Shown piece after piece: positions 51,838 through 63,400 of a stretch of DNA of 64,000 nucleotides. The stretch is from contig JAUMYH010000001.1 of assembly GCA_030528745.1 (NCBI GenBank), positions 32,622-96,621 on the forward strand, read 5' to 3'. Each line of letters begins with the position of its first letter. Positions within the stretch are counted from its first letter, which is position 1. Both the position numbers and the translations under genes were made by a program. The notes beneath the pieces were generated by a model. That model made no database searches, was not told the DNA's origin, and saw only the letters and a list, made by a program, of their open reading frames with translations. This DNA is from Bacteroidota bacterium (GTDB lineage Bacteria > Bacteroidota > Bacteroidia > Flavobacteriales > Flavobacteriaceae).

Positions 51838-52917
51838 ATGGATAGTTTTACTTTACTCGTAGTTATTATAGTATTAGCCTTTATTTTTGATTATATCAAT
51901 GGTTTTCATGATGCGGCAAACTCTATTGCTACTATTGTGGCTACAAGGGTGCTTACTCCGTTTCAGGCTGTAATATGGGCAGCATTTTTTAACTTTGTAG
52001 CCTATTTTATTTCCAAATATTGGATTGGTGAGTTTAAGATAGGTAATACTATAGCCAAGACCGTGCATCCTTTTACTTCAGATGGTCAAAATTTGATTAC
52101 ATTAGAGGTAATATTTGCAGGAATTATAGCTGCAATTGTCTGGAATTTAGCTACTTGGAAGTTTGGGATTCCGTCTTCGTCATCACATACATTAATTGGA
52201 GGGTTTATGGGGGCGGCCTTGATGCACGCTTATAGTATTTCGGCTAATTTGAATGAGGTAATTAATTATGCAAAAGTATTGCCTATTATAGCTTTTATAT
52301 TTTTGGCTCCAACCATAGGGCTGTTCGTGGCTTACTTTCTTACAGTGGGTATCATGTGGATTTGTAGAAAAACCACGCCCCACAGAGCCGATGTGTGGTT
52401 CAGAAGATTACAATTGGTATCTTCTGCCTTATTCAGTTTGGGACATGGAGCTAATGATGCCCAAAAGGTAATGGGAATTATTGGAGCAGCAGTAATATTT
52501 TATCATATTGACGCAGGACATCTCGAGTGGATTAATGCACCAGATCAGTTTGCTTACTTTGTTGAACAATGGGGTTGGGTGCCTTTTACATCGTTTTTGA
52601 TTATTGGTTTAGGAACAATGAGTGGAGGCTGGAAGATAGTCAAAACAATGGGGTCTAAAATTACTAAAGTAACCTCGCTGGAAGGCGTAAGTGCAGAAAC
52701 AGCAGGGGCGTTAACACTATATGTATCAGAACATTTCGGAATACCAGTGTCTACTACACACACCATAACAGGAAGTATTATAGGAGTGGGAGTTACCAAA
52801 CGAATTTCGGCTGTACGATGGGGAGTTACCATTAAATTGTTGTGGGCGTGGATACTTACGATTCCGATTTCGGCTCTGGTAGCAGGATTGGTTTATGTAG
52901 TAATAAGTGCTTTTTAA
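51838..52917 (+). CDS. Inorganic phosphate transporter (PiT family)
   Basis: N-terminal IFDYINGFHDAANSIATIV PiT signature and a duplicated GANDAQK motif; polytopic. Confidence 0.85.
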   Translation: MDSFTLLVVIIVLAFIFDYINGFHDAANSIATIVATRVLTPFQAVIWAAFFNFVAYFISKYWIGEFKIGNTIAKTVHPFTSDGQNLITLEVIFAGIIAAIVWNLATWKFGIPSSSSHTLIGGFMGAALMHAYSISANLNEVINYAKVLPIIAFIFLAPTIGLFVAYFLTVGIMWICRKTTPHRADVWFRRLQLVSSALFSLGHGANDAQKVMGIIGAAVIFYHIDAGHLEWINAPDQFAYFVEQWGWVPFTSFLIIGLGTMSGGWKIVKTMGSKITKVTSLEGVSAETAGALTLYVSEHFGIPVSTTHTITGSIIGVGVTKRISAVRWGVTIKLLWAWILTIPISALVAGLVYVVISAF

Positions 52918-52941
52918 AAAATATTGTTGATATATTACAAG

Positions 52942-53865
52942 ATGAGTACAATTTTAGAAGTAAAGGAAATATCGAAAAAGTATGGAGAATATACAGCTTT
53001 AGACAAGGTGTCTTTGTCTATACCCGAGGGAGTAATATATGGACTTTTAGGTCCAAATGGAGCAGGAAAAACCTCTCTTATTCGGATTATAAATCAGATT
53101 ACAATGCCCGATAGTGGACAGGTATTTTTTATGAACGAACCACTAATGCCCAAGCATATTGCAAATATAGGTTATATGCCAGAGGAAAGAGGTTTGTACA
53201 AAACCATGAAAGTAGGCGAACAAGCCTTGTATCTGGCTCAGCTTAAGGGGCTTTCTAAAAAAGAAGCTAAAAAACAATTGCTTTATTGGTTCGACAGGTT
53301 TGAAATTGGAGATTGGTGGAACAAAAAAATTCAGGAACTCTCGAAGGGAATGGCACAAAAGGTGCAATTCATAGTAACGGTGTTGCATAAACCCAAATTG
53401 TTAATATTTGATGAGCCTTTCTCTGGATTTGACCCCGTGAATGCCAATCTGATTAAAGATGAGATTTTGGAACTTAAAAAACAAGGGACGACCATTATTT
53501 TTTCGACTCACAGAATGGAAAGCGTAGAAGAGCTTTGCGATGAGATAGCTCTGATAAATAAATCAAAAAAAATATTGGACGGAAATATCATAGATATTAA
53601 AAAGCAGTTCAGAACCAATACCTATCAAGTAGGAATACTCACCGACAATATTGAAGGATTAATGTACGAGCTTACTCAAAAATTCACCATAAATACAGGT
53701 AATTTTAAATCGATAGATAACGAAATCAAATTAGAAATTGGCATCGGAAATCAATCGGTAAACGAACTGTTAAAGATAATAATCAGTAGAGGTCAGCTGA
53801 CTTATTTTGTGGAAAAAATTCCGAGTATTAATGAAATTTTTATTCAAAAGGTTACTAATAATTAA
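52942..53865 (+). CDS. ABC transporter ATP-binding protein (ABC-2 / gliding-type exporter NBD)
   Basis: Walker A GPNGAGKTS, signature LSKGMAQKVQF, and Walker B LLIFDEPFSGFD. The start is taken at MSTILEV. Confidence 0.8.
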   Translation: MSTILEVKEISKKYGEYTALDKVSLSIPEGVIYGLLGPNGAGKTSLIRIINQITMPDSGQVFFMNEPLMPKHIANIGYMPEERGLYKTMKVGEQALYLAQLKGLSKKEAKKQLLYWFDRFEIGDWWNKKIQELSKGMAQKVQFIVTVLHKPKLLIFDEPFSGFDPVNANLIKDEILELKKQGTTIIFSTHRMESVEELCDEIALINKSKKILDGNIIDIKKQFRTNTYQVGILTDNIEGLMYELTQKFTINTGNFKSIDNEIKLEIGIGNQSVNELLKIIISRGQLTYFVEKIPSINEIFIQKVTNN

Positions 53866-53885
53866 GGACTTTTAATTGCTTTGTT

Positions 53886-55208
53886 ATGAATGTTTTGTTG
53901 CTTATTATAAAAAGAGAATTTATCAATAAGATAAAGAATAAATCTTTTATTGTAATGACTTTTCTCAGTCCATTACTTGTGGTAGCTATGGGTGTATTGA
54001 TAAGTTATTTAGCTACAATAAATCAAGGAGATACCAAAAAGGTAGCTGTTTTAGATGAGTTTGGCTTTTTTGAAGCTGGAGATTTAAACAATGACGACAA
54101 ATACATTTTCCATAAGCTAGAAGGACTCGATAAACAAAAGGCAAAAGTTATCGTGGCTGATAGCAGTTACGAGGCTCTAATTTATGTTCCAAAGGTGGCG
54201 GACAGAAATAATTTGGCAACTCAGATAGAATATATCTCCGATAACAGCCCCAAAATAGAGTTTATTTACAAAATAGAAAATATTATAAGTGATAAACTTA
54301 CAAAATACAACATTCAGAGTAAAGGTATTGATTATAATGTAGTTAGTCAATCTAAAGTGAAAGCCAGTATGAATCTTACCAAATTTTCGGGGGCTGATTC
54401 AGTGCGTGGACTAAATGAAATAAAAATAGGAATAGGTTCGGTATTTGGATACATGATTATGATGTTTATTGTCATTTATGGCAATTTTGTGATGCGTAGC
54501 GTGATAGAGGAAAAGACAAACAGAATTATTGAAATAATAGTATCGTCAGTGAAGCCTTTTCAGCTTATGATGGGTAAAATTATAGGAACATCATTGGCAG
54601 GAATATTACAATTTCTGATTTGGGGAGTGGTAGGAACAGTATTGTTTTTTGTGCTTTCAGGCATATTGGGTATAGAGTTAGGAGGGACTCATGATTTGGT
54701 TAAAAATGCTGAAGTTAATCAGATTGTAGCCCAACAGAGTGATATAGCCCAAACGGTACAAACTTATATCAATGAGCTATATACCTTACCTATAATCACT
54801 TTGTTAATATCTTTTGTGTTGTATTTTATAGGAGGGTACTTTTTATATAGTTCGATATACGCCGCTATTGGAGCAGCTGTAGACAATGAGACAGATTCGC
54901 AACAATTTCTGATGCCGATTATAATGCCTTTAGTATTAGGTGTTTATATAGGTTTTTTTACAGTAATTGACGATCCGCACGGCTCGGTATCTACAATTTT
55001 TTCGATAATTCCATTTACTTCGCCTATAGTAATGTTAATGCGAATTCCTTTTGGAGTACCTTTGTGGCAAATATTATTGAGTTTAGTGCTTTTGTTCTTG
55101 ACTTTCTTCTTAATAGTGTGGGTGGCTGCCAAAATTTACAGAGTAGGAATTTTGATGTATGGTAAAAAGCCTACGTGGAAAGAAATGTATAAGTGGATAA
55201 AATACTAG
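53886..55208 (+). CDS. ABC-2 family transporter permease
   Basis: 440 aa with an N-terminal TM, a large extracytoplasmic loop, then 5 TM helices. Typical NatB-like topology, downstream of the NBD. Confidence 0.7.
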   Translation: MNVLLLIIKREFINKIKNKSFIVMTFLSPLLVVAMGVLISYLATINQGDTKKVAVLDEFGFFEAGDLNNDDKYIFHKLEGLDKQKAKVIVADSSYEALIYVPKVADRNNLATQIEYISDNSPKIEFIYKIENIISDKLTKYNIQSKGIDYNVVSQSKVKASMNLTKFSGADSVRGLNEIKIGIGSVFGYMIMMFIVIYGNFVMRSVIEEKTNRIIEIIVSSVKPFQLMMGKIIGTSLAGILQFLIWGVVGTVLFFVLSGILGIELGGTHDLVKNAEVNQIVAQQSDIAQTVQTYINELYTLPIITLLISFVLYFIGGYFLYSSIYAAIGAAVDNETDSQQFLMPIIMPLVLGVYIGFFTVIDDPHGSVSTIFSIIPFTSPIVMLMRIPFGVPLWQILLSLVLLFLTFFLIVWVAAKIYRVGILMYGKKPTWKEMYKWIKY

Positions 55209-55320
55209 TTATAAAGGATTTGAGGGGGTAAAATTATCCTAAATAATTTATCTGTAGAAATATAGAAAACAGAATAATAGAAATAGATTAGGGGATAAAG
55301 GCAGATTGTAAAATACCATT

Positions 55321-55788
55321 TTACCATTTAGTATATGGGTTTGAAATGAGGTTTGAGTTGTAATATTTGGCATCTCCAGTAACTTCTTTGCCCAACCATG
55401 TTGGTCTGTTGAAAGTATCAAGAGGATTGTTAAGTTCGACCTCAGCTATTACAAGTCCTTGATTATTACCCATAAACTCGTCTACTTCAAAAAGTGTCCC
55501 TTCAAATTCTACCTCATAACGGTATTTTTCGATGATGCCTTCTTCGCAAAATGTGAGGAGTTTTTTGGCTTCAATCACTAAAATTTCTTTTTCCCACTCA
55601 AATCTCGACAAACCACTAGCGTCAGTACGTCCTTTAACGGTAATGTAAGCCTTGTCGTCTTTAATGCGAATACGCACCACTCGTGCAGGGTTCGAGTTCA
55701 GAAATCCCTGTACGATATATGATTTTTTGGTGGCATCTTCTTTATATTGGTCAGTATCTACCAAGAATTTTCTTTCGATTTCAATCAT
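55321..55788 (-). CDS. CYTH-domain protein (CyaB-like class IV adenylate cyclase / triphosphatase fold)
   Basis: Begins MIEIERKFLV (the ExExK motif) with acidic strands characteristic of CYTH; 155 aa. Confidence 0.7.
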   Translation of the reverse strand: MIEIERKFLVDTDQYKEDATKKSYIVQGFLNSNPARVVRIRIKDDKAYITVKGRTDASGLSRFEWEKEILVIEAKKLLTFCEEGIIEKYRYEVEFEGTLFEVDEFMGNNQGLVIAEVELNNPLDTFNRPTWLGKEVTGDAKYYNSNLISNPYTKW

Positions 55789-55853
55789 AAAAACAATATT
55801 TATAGGGCTAATTTACAATTTTTTTCTTATTATTGTGCAAAAAAGTGAATTAA

Positions 55854-56615
55854 ATGCACCAAAAGGTAACTATAGTTTTTGTAATCTGTATATTTTTGTC
55901 TATTGTTTTGATAGTTTTTTTCGATTGGAGTTTACGGATTTTACCAATTTTGTTATTGATTTATGTGCTAATAATTAACATTGGAGTTTGGAATATCCGA
56001 CTGAACTATTTTCTTAAAGCAGTATGCAGAATCGAAACCTCCTCAGGCGTGTTGTCCATAACTTTTGATGACGGCCCTACAGTATTTACGCCTCAAATTT
56101 TAGAAGTATTGGAACAATATCAGGCTAAGGCTACTTTTTTCTGCATAGGAAAACAAATAGAAAAGCACCCCGATATTTTTAGGCAGATTATTTCCAAAGG
56201 GCATCAAGTTGCCAATCACACGTACTGGCATAGTAATAGTTTTGGTTTTTGGACTAAAGAGCAAGTTAAGGAAGATATTATACGTACAGATAGGCTTATA
56301 AAAGATTTTACAAATATTGATAACGTGTTGTTCAGACCTCCCTTTGGGGTTACTAATCCGCATATAGCCAAGGCTTTAGCTGTAACCAAACATTTGATGG
56401 TAGGTTGGGATGTACGCTCGTTAGATACTGTAATCAAAAATGAAAATCAAATTTTGGAAAGGATAATGCCAAGAATCAGAAAAGGTTCTATAATTTTGCT
56501 ACACGATACTTCGGAACATACCGTTAAGGTTTTGGAACAATTATTGTCCAATCTGAATCAATTGAATTTAAAAAGTGTAACTATTGACAATTTGCTAAGT
56601 TATGAGAATAAATAA
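55854..56615 (+). CDS. Polysaccharide deacetylase (NodB homology domain) with N-terminal TM anchor
   Basis: ITFDDGPTVFTPQILEVLEQYQAKATFF (TFDDGP motif) and His motifs HTYWH, LLHD. Confidence 0.8.
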   Translation: MHQKVTIVFVICIFLSIVLIVFFDWSLRILPILLLIYVLIINIGVWNIRLNYFLKAVCRIETSSGVLSITFDDGPTVFTPQILEVLEQYQAKATFFCIGKQIEKHPDIFRQIISKGHQVANHTYWHSNSFGFWTKEQVKEDIIRTDRLIKDFTNIDNVLFRPPFGVTNPHIAKALAVTKHLMVGWDVRSLDTVIKNENQILERIMPRIRKGSIILLHDTSEHTVKVLEQLLSNLNQLNLKSVTIDNLLSYENK

Positions 56616-57237
56616 ATTATTAATTGTACTGATTACTTTATTGATTTCTGTTGTAAGTGTGGCTCAAGAGCAAAAAATGAGTCGGACTGAGATTGATTTT
56701 TTTAAAAAGCAAGTACAACAAGAAGCCTCAAACACCCAGACTATAAAAATGGATTTTGTTCAACATAAAAAACTGAGTTTTTTAACCAAACAAATTGAAA
56801 GTTCAGGAATAATGTACTACAAGGCAAAGGATATGCTACATTGGAAATATACCACACCCTATCAGTATAGCATTATATTTAAAAAAGGAATGGTTCATAT
56901 TAATAATCAAGGAAAGAAAAATGATATATCAACATCTTCAAATTTGGTGTTAGGGAAGGTAAACAAACTTATAGTTGGCAGTGTGAGTGGTAATCTATTT
57001 GACGATCAGGAGTTTGTGATAGATTATTATAAAGATAAACAATACAATATCGTTTATTTTGTACCTAAAGACAAGCAACTTAAAGAAGTTATTGAAAAAA
57101 TAGAACTGTATTTTCCGACAGACAAATACCACGTTGTACAGGTGCAACTTAAAGAATCTTCGGGTGATTATACGAAAATCATTTTTAAAAACAGAAAAAC
57201 AAATGTGGTACTTTCGGAGTCTGATTTTACTAATTAG
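56602..57237 (+). CDS. LolA-like outer-membrane lipoprotein carrier-fold protein
   Basis: Signal peptide plus a LolA-like beta-barrel sequence pattern. It commonly accompanies flexirubin/aryl-polyene clusters. Confidence 0.6.
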   Translation: MRINKLLIVLITLLISVVSVAQEQKMSRTEIDFFKKQVQQEASNTQTIKMDFVQHKKLSFLTKQIESSGIMYYKAKDMLHWKYTTPYQYSIIFKKGMVHINNQGKKNDISTSSNLVLGKVNKLIVGSVSGNLFDDQEFVIDYYKDKQYNIVYFVPKDKQLKEVIEKIELYFPTDKYHVVQVQLKESSGDYTKIIFKNRKTNVVLSESDFTN

Positions 57238-57811
57238 TTGCTTGATTATAAGCTGCTCGCCCATTGGGAATATTCCTACAAATGTAGATGTTAAGGGGTA
57301 TGGGGTTTCGTATTTTTCGGACTCTAATCAAGATTATTTCTATCAGATGGAAATGGAGGTGTATGGGCGTTATTTTACTGGTATTGTGGTTGTTAAAAAA
57401 ATAGAATCCCATTTGTATAGAATAGCTTTTACTACCGAATTAGGGAATAAGTTATTAGATTTTGAATTGTCCAATGATGGACTTCAGTTGCATTTTGCTG
57501 TTACAGGCTTACAAAACAAACGAATTTTAAAATTACTGGAAACCCATTTCAAAACAATTTTGGTACAACAATTTGATTTGTATGGCAAAACAGACACGGC
57601 AAATGGATTGATGTATCAAGCCAAGGCAAACCACAGAAATATAAGTTTTCAAATAGACAAACAAGGTTTACTTGATAAAATAGTAATTCATAAAGGTAAA
57701 AAGGACTATATAATATATGATTTTTTTGTAAAAAATAGTATCTTTGTGGAGCAAATGCAAATTTTGCAACCCAATATAAAGTACAAAATGAATTTAAAAC
57801 GAATATTATAA
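57203..57811 (+). CDS. Hypothetical lipoprotein
   Basis: Lipobox LISCLIISCS, about 200 aa. The track ORF starts at 57134 and overlaps the LolA-like gene. Confidence 0.45.
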   Translation: MWYFRSLILLISCLIISCSPIGNIPTNVDVKGYGVSYFSDSNQDYFYQMEMEVYGRYFTGIVVVKKIESHLYRIAFTTELGNKLLDFELSNDGLQLHFAVTGLQNKRILKLLETHFKTILVQQFDLYGKTDTANGLMYQAKANHRNISFQIDKQGLLDKIVIHKGKKDYIIYDFFVKNSIFVEQMQILQPNIKYKMNLKRIL

Positions 57812-57815
57812 AGAT

Positions 57816-58406
57816 ATGAAGAAGGTATTATCATTGTTGTTTTTAGGTGTTGGACTTTCGGCAAACGCACAAGTCGGATTTTACCCAAGCATTAGGGCAG
57901 GGGCAAACTTTTCAAAATATACTAGTGTGAAGGCAGCATTTAAACCTGGTATTTACGTAGGTTTTTTTGGCGAATTGAAGTTAGGTAATCTTTATAGTCT
58001 TCAGCCCGAGATTTCGTATAGTTCACAAGGTGCTAATAATGTAAGAACCTATGTGTGTAATGTTGAACACCCTAACGGTGGAGAGATTGTAAATGTGGAT
58101 TATGAGGTTAATTATGTGTCTGTTGCTTTGGTTCACAAGTTCAGATTTGATGAGGATAAGGTTAATTTTCACTTCGGAGGATTATTAGATTTTGAGGTAG
58201 GATCATGTTCAGACGCGTATTCTCGTAAGAGTTCACAAGTTGTTGATATTGGATTTTTGCTAGGTGTTGGGTATAAGATAACAGACAAACTGGGTGTCGA
58301 GTTTCGTTATAAGCAAGGTATTGTAGATCAGTTGAATACAGTTCTTGATGGTACTACCAATGCCAATATGACACTTCAGGCAGGGGTTACATATAGCTTT
58401 AGGTAA
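57816..58406 (+). CDS. Outer-membrane beta-barrel protein (OmpA-N/OmpW-like porin family)
   Basis: Signal peptide, alternating hydrophobic beta-strands, and a C-terminal aromatic residue (TYSFR). Confidence 0.6.
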   Translation: MKKVLSLLFLGVGLSANAQVGFYPSIRAGANFSKYTSVKAAFKPGIYVGFFGELKLGNLYSLQPEISYSSQGANNVRTYVCNVEHPNGGEIVNVDYEVNYVSVALVHKFRFDEDKVNFHFGGLLDFEVGSCSDAYSRKSSQVVDIGFLLGVGYKITDKLGVEFRYKQGIVDQLNTVLDGTTNANMTLQAGVTYSFR

Positions 58407-58410
58407 GAAG

Positions 58411-58785
58411 ATGTTGTTAAAAGATTTTTATAAGATAATTCGTATTGAGCATAATTCAGGGCAAATCTCAAATGCAGAAGTTGTGATAGAGCTTAATGCT
58501 AAACACGAAGTTTTCAAAGGACATTTTCCTGATAATCCAGTAACTCCAGGAGTGTGTATGATGCAGATAATTAAGGAGTTGTCAGAGAAGATATTGGGTG
58601 AGAGACTTTTTTTGACTTCGGCATCAAATGTCAAGTTTATGGCAATTATTAATCCGAACATCAATCCGATACTAAGATTAGAGTTGGCAATAACCCAATC
58701 AGAAGGGGTAGTAAAAGTCAAAAATACGACTTGGATGGAAGATGTAATGGCTCTGAAGCTATCAAACGTATATAAAATTGTATAA
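58411..58785 (+). CDS. FabA/FabZ-like hotdog-fold hydroxyacyl-ACP dehydratase
   Basis: FKGHFPDNPVTPGVCMMQIIKE is the dehydratase active-site His/Glu context; 124 aa. Confidence 0.7.
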   Translation: MLLKDFYKIIRIEHNSGQISNAEVVIELNAKHEVFKGHFPDNPVTPGVCMMQIIKELSEKILGERLFLTSASNVKFMAIINPNINPILRLELAITQSEGVVKVKNTTWMEDVMALKLSNVYKIV

Positions 58786-59257
58786 TATGAAGATAGTACT
58801 GGTAATTGTTTGTTATCTTCTGTCTGCAATTAATATCAATTTGTCAGATGTCAGAAAGTTGTATATTCAAGTTCACAACTCAATTGATAAGCAGCATGAG
58901 TTTGTAGCTTTGCTTCAGAATGTGAATGATAGTACAGTTGAGTTAAAGGCGTATAAGGCTGTAGCTAGGATTATAGAATCAAAATCACTAAAGGGAAAAC
59001 AACGTACAGACCTGTTCAGACAGGCTACACAGATGTTAGACAAGGCAGTGGAGGAGGATAGTACGAATCTGGAAGTTAGGTTGATAAGGTTAAGTGTGCA
59101 GGAACATTTGCCCAAATTCTTAAATTATAATAAAAGTATAAATGATGATGTACAATTCATCAATGCCAATTTGAAAAAGGTCAAGGACAAAGAGTTGAGG
59201 GATTATATCAATCAATACATGAGCCAGTCTAAACAATTTAAACAACTACAGAAATAG
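58778..59257 (+). CDS. Hypothetical protein with N-terminal TM or signal
   Basis: 159 aa, helical, with a coupled start (ATG overlaps the previous stop). Confidence 0.4.
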   Translation: MYNMKIVLVIVCYLLSAININLSDVRKLYIQVHNSIDKQHEFVALLQNVNDSTVELKAYKAVARIIESKSLKGKQRTDLFRQATQMLDKAVEEDSTNLEVRLIRLSVQEHLPKFLNYNKSINDDVQFINANLKKVKDKELRDYINQYMSQSKQFKQLQK

Positions 59258-59258
59258 T

Positions 59259-60437
59259 TTGGTTATGTCAGTAGAACAACGCTGTAAAGAGCTGATTGTT
59301 AAAAATAAGGTGGTCGTGCTTATTCCTACCTATAATAATGAAAAAACTCTTGAGCGTGTACTAAAAGGAGTGTTGCAATATACCGATAGTGTGGTGGTTG
59401 TAAACGATGGTTCTACCGATAACACAAGATTTATTTTGTCTAAATATCCACAACTTCAGCAACTGCACATAGCCTTTAATTCAGGAAAGGGAATGGCATT
59501 ACGCAAAGGGTTTGAATGGGCTAGAAGTCAAGGATTTAATTACGTAATTACAATTGATTCGGACGGACAACATTATCCAGATGATTTGATTTTTTTTCTG
59601 GAAGCTGTAGAGCAGGAGCCTACCTCTGTTGTATTGGTTGGCAATAGAAATATGTCGCAAGAAGGCGTTCCCAAAAAGAGTAGTTTTGGTAATAAGTTCT
59701 CGAATTTTTGGTTTTGGTTTCTGACGCAAATCAAATTGCAAGACACCCAATCAGGGTACAGAATGTATCCTTTGGATAAAATGCCAAGAAAATTCTATAC
59801 AAGTAAATTTGAATTTGAAATAGAAATATTGGTTCGCTTGGCGTGGAAAAATGTTCCGATTAAAAATATTCCTATAAAAGTGTTATACGATGCTTCGGAA
59901 CGTGTATCGCACTTCAGACCTTTTAAGGATTTTGTCAGAATAAGCATACTCAATACCGTTTTGGTGTGTATTTATATATTGTATATTATTCCCAAAAGGT
60001 TTATAGAGCGTTTTCAAAAAAAAAGTATTAAGCGTTTTGTTAAAGAAGACCTGCTAGGTAGTGGAGATACCATCGAGGTAAAATCGCTATCTATAGCTTT
60101 GGGGGTGTTTGTAGGGATTTTGCCTGTTTGGGGTTTTCAATCAATATTGGCTATTTTTTTGGCTGTTTTATTCAGGTGGAACAAACTTTTAGCTTTTACA
60201 TTTTCTAATATAAGCATTCCGCCAATGATTCCTATATTGGTTTGGCTTTCATTGAAAATAGGGGCTTTTTTTATACCAGAATCACAATTGTATGATTTCG
60301 ACAAAAGTATTGATTTGAGTATCATCAGAAATCATCTGTATCAGTATTTAATAGGAAGCGTTACTTTAGCAATTATAGCATCTTTATTTATTGGTATTTT
60401 GAGTTATTTGTTATTTTTGTTGTTTGGTAAAAAATAA
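59259..60437 (+). CDS. Family 2 glycosyltransferase with C-terminal membrane domain (DUF2062-like)
   Basis: VVLIPTYNNEKTLERVL...VVNDGSTDNT, a DSD motif (TIDSDGQHYPDD), and a C-terminal 4-TM region. Confidence 0.75.
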   Translation: MVMSVEQRCKELIVKNKVVVLIPTYNNEKTLERVLKGVLQYTDSVVVVNDGSTDNTRFILSKYPQLQQLHIAFNSGKGMALRKGFEWARSQGFNYVITIDSDGQHYPDDLIFFLEAVEQEPTSVVLVGNRNMSQEGVPKKSSFGNKFSNFWFWFLTQIKLQDTQSGYRMYPLDKMPRKFYTSKFEFEIEILVRLAWKNVPIKNIPIKVLYDASERVSHFRPFKDFVRISILNTVLVCIYILYIIPKRFIERFQKKSIKRFVKEDLLGSGDTIEVKSLSIALGVFVGILPVWGFQSILAIFLAVLFRWNKLLAFTFSNISIPPMIPILVWLSLKIGAFFIPESQLYDFDKSIDLSIIRNHLYQYLIGSVTLAIIASLFIGILSYLLFLLFGKK

Positions 60438-63400
60438 TGCAAATGTCGGATTTTTTTGTAAAGTTATATCGTTTAATACAAAAGAATAGATTTCCATCTA
60501 TATTTCTGATAATTAGTTTTTTAATTGTTTCTATTTGGAGTTTTAGTAGGATTGAATTTAAGGAAGATATTTCTAAGATTTTACCTAAAAATGATCAAAC
60601 TTCTCTTGTGAGTAAATTACTCAAACAGGTCGATTTTTCGGATAAAATTACAGTGTTGATTTCGCCCAAAGACACTTTAGATATAGATAGGCAAATTGAG
60701 ATTGCTAATGTATTGGTAGAACGATTGGATAGTGTTGTACAGCTTCAGAAGGTACAAGCCAAAGTCGATCAAGTAACGATGCAAAGGGTTTATAAGTATG
60801 TAAACCAGAATTTGCCCTTGTATTTGGAAGAAGATGATTATCAGTATATTCTAAATAAACTATCAGCAGATAGCATTGAATATAAGGTCAATCAGAATTT
60901 ACAAAATCTAATTTCGCCCAGTGGTATTGTCCTTAAAGATATTATTTTGCTAGATCCTTTGGGGCTTTCTGTGATAGGGCTTGACAAGTTACAGAAAAAC
61001 AATGGAATTACAGATGGATTTTCTCTAGAGCAAGGTTACTTAATAAGCAAAAAAGGACAAGATTTGATGTTTTTTTTGGAAACTGATATTGCTTCAAACC
61101 AGACTGATGAAAATTCAAAAATGGTTAAAGTTTTGAATGATATAAAACAAGATATTGAGCTGAAGTATAATGATATATCTGTGGATTACTATGGAGCTAG
61201 TTTTGTGGCGGAAGCCAATTCTGGTCAAATAAAAAATGATATTTTCAAAACGGTACTTATCTCGTTTAGTATATTGTTGGTATTGATGATTTTGTATTTT
61301 CGCAAGGTATTGTTGCCGTTGATATTATTTCTGCCTATAGTGTTGGCTGGTTCATTGAGTCTGATGATTATATCTTTGTTAAAAGATTATATATCAGCCA
61401 TTTCGTTGGGTGTTTCGTCAATTTTGATAGGTGTAACCATTGATTATTCGATACATATCCTGACCCATTACAAACGAGGTTCAGATATAAAAACTTTGTA
61501 TGATGATGTTTCTAAACCGCTTATTATAAGTTCTTTAACTACATCGGTGGCTTTTCTTTCGTTGTTGTTTGTGAATTCTGAGGTGTTGCAGGATTTGGGG
61601 TTATTTTCAGGTTTGACAGTGTTCTTTTCTGCGATATTTTCGTTGGTAATTATTCCTCTTATTTACAAGCCTAATTTGGATATTTCACAGCATTGGACAT
61701 ACAGGATAGTATCGTATCCTTTTGAAAAAAATAAGATTTTAGTTGCACTAACCTTGTTGTTAATTATAGGGACTGTGTTTACGCCTAACAAAGTGAAGTT
61801 TGATGGTGATTTGTCCAAGTTGAATTACGTAACAAATGAGCTAAAAGAGGTAGAAAGAAGGCTTGATACCCTTACTGATATTAATGCTAAATCAATTTAT
61901 TTGATAGCTTATGGAGAAGATAAACAATCGGTATTGGAGCAAAATTTCAAATTGTATCAGATACTTCAGAATCAAAAACAAAGTGGTGAGATTTTGCAAT
62001 TTACCAACTTAGCAGAGCAATTATTACCACTTGCAGAACAGCAAAAAAGAATTGACAGGTGGAATGGATTTTGGAGTGAAAGTAAAAGAAGTGAGTCTGT
62101 AAGTAATGATTTGATTAAAAGTGGGTTAAGTGTTGGTTTTGAGGAAGATACTCATTCGGTTTTTTATGATTTTATTTCCTCAAAATATACTTTGGAAAAA
62201 ATAGATACGACCAATTTATTTCACAATGAAAATTTACTAAAATACAAAGACGGTTTTTATACAGCTACGAGTTTGGTAAAACTTGATGTGGAAAATAAAG
62301 CAAGTTTACTAGACCAAATAAATGGGGCAACTCAAAATGTATTTGTACTAGATAGAAAGGAATTAAACGAACAATTTTTGTTTTCGGTAAAGGCTGATTT
62401 TGAAAGATTGGTGGGCTATTCTTTCGTACTGATAATTGTTGTTTTGTGGCTGTTTTTCAGGCGTATTGAGTTGGTTATTTTAAGTATAACTCCAATAGTA
62501 TTAACTGGGCTTGTGGTGTTGGGTTTGATAAATTGGCTTAATTTGGAATTTAACGTTTTTAGTTCAATAGTGGTAACCTTGATTTTTGGTCATGGAGTAG
62601 ATTTTGCTATTTTTATGACCGTGGCTTTACAAAAGGCGTATACTTATGGAAAAAAAGATATATCAACGTATAAAATATCGATAGTTTTAGCGGTTCTGAC
62701 CACTATTTTGGCTATTGGAACATTAATTTTTGCTCAACATCCTGCTCTTAAATCCATTTCGGCAATAGCCTTGTTGGGTATATTAACAGCTTTATTGATT
62801 ACTTTTGTAGTATATCCTCTGATTTTTAGAATTTTTATAATGTGGCGTGATGATAAAGGGCTTTCGCCCATATCATTACGATTGTTTTTACATTCGATGG
62901 TTTCGTTTTTGTATTATGGAGCAGGTGCTATAATTTTATCGTTTGTTGGGCGAACCTTAGCGATGATTCTTCCAGGTCGATTTGAAAATAAAATGCTCGT
63001 TGTTAGGCAGTTGATGTCGAAGTTTTTGACTTCGGTGTTGTATTCCAATTGGTTTGTTTCCAAAAAAATACAAAATCCTAATGCCGAATATTTTCAAAAA
63101 CCTGTTGTATTAATATCTAATCACAATTCTTTTTTGGATTCACTTACTTTGAGTATGACGCATTATAAAATCATTTTTTTGGTAAATGATTGGGTTTACA
63201 ATTCGGTGGTATTCGGAAAGATAGTCAAGGCTGCAGGTTTTTATCCTGTATCTCAAGGAGTTGAAGATAGTTTGCAACCGTTAAAACAGAAAGTAGAACA
63301 AGGTTATTCGTTAATGGTTTTCCCAGAGGGTAAGCGTTCGGAGGATAACCAATTAAATCGTTTTCATAAGGGGGCGTTTTATTTGGCAGAGCAACTTCAA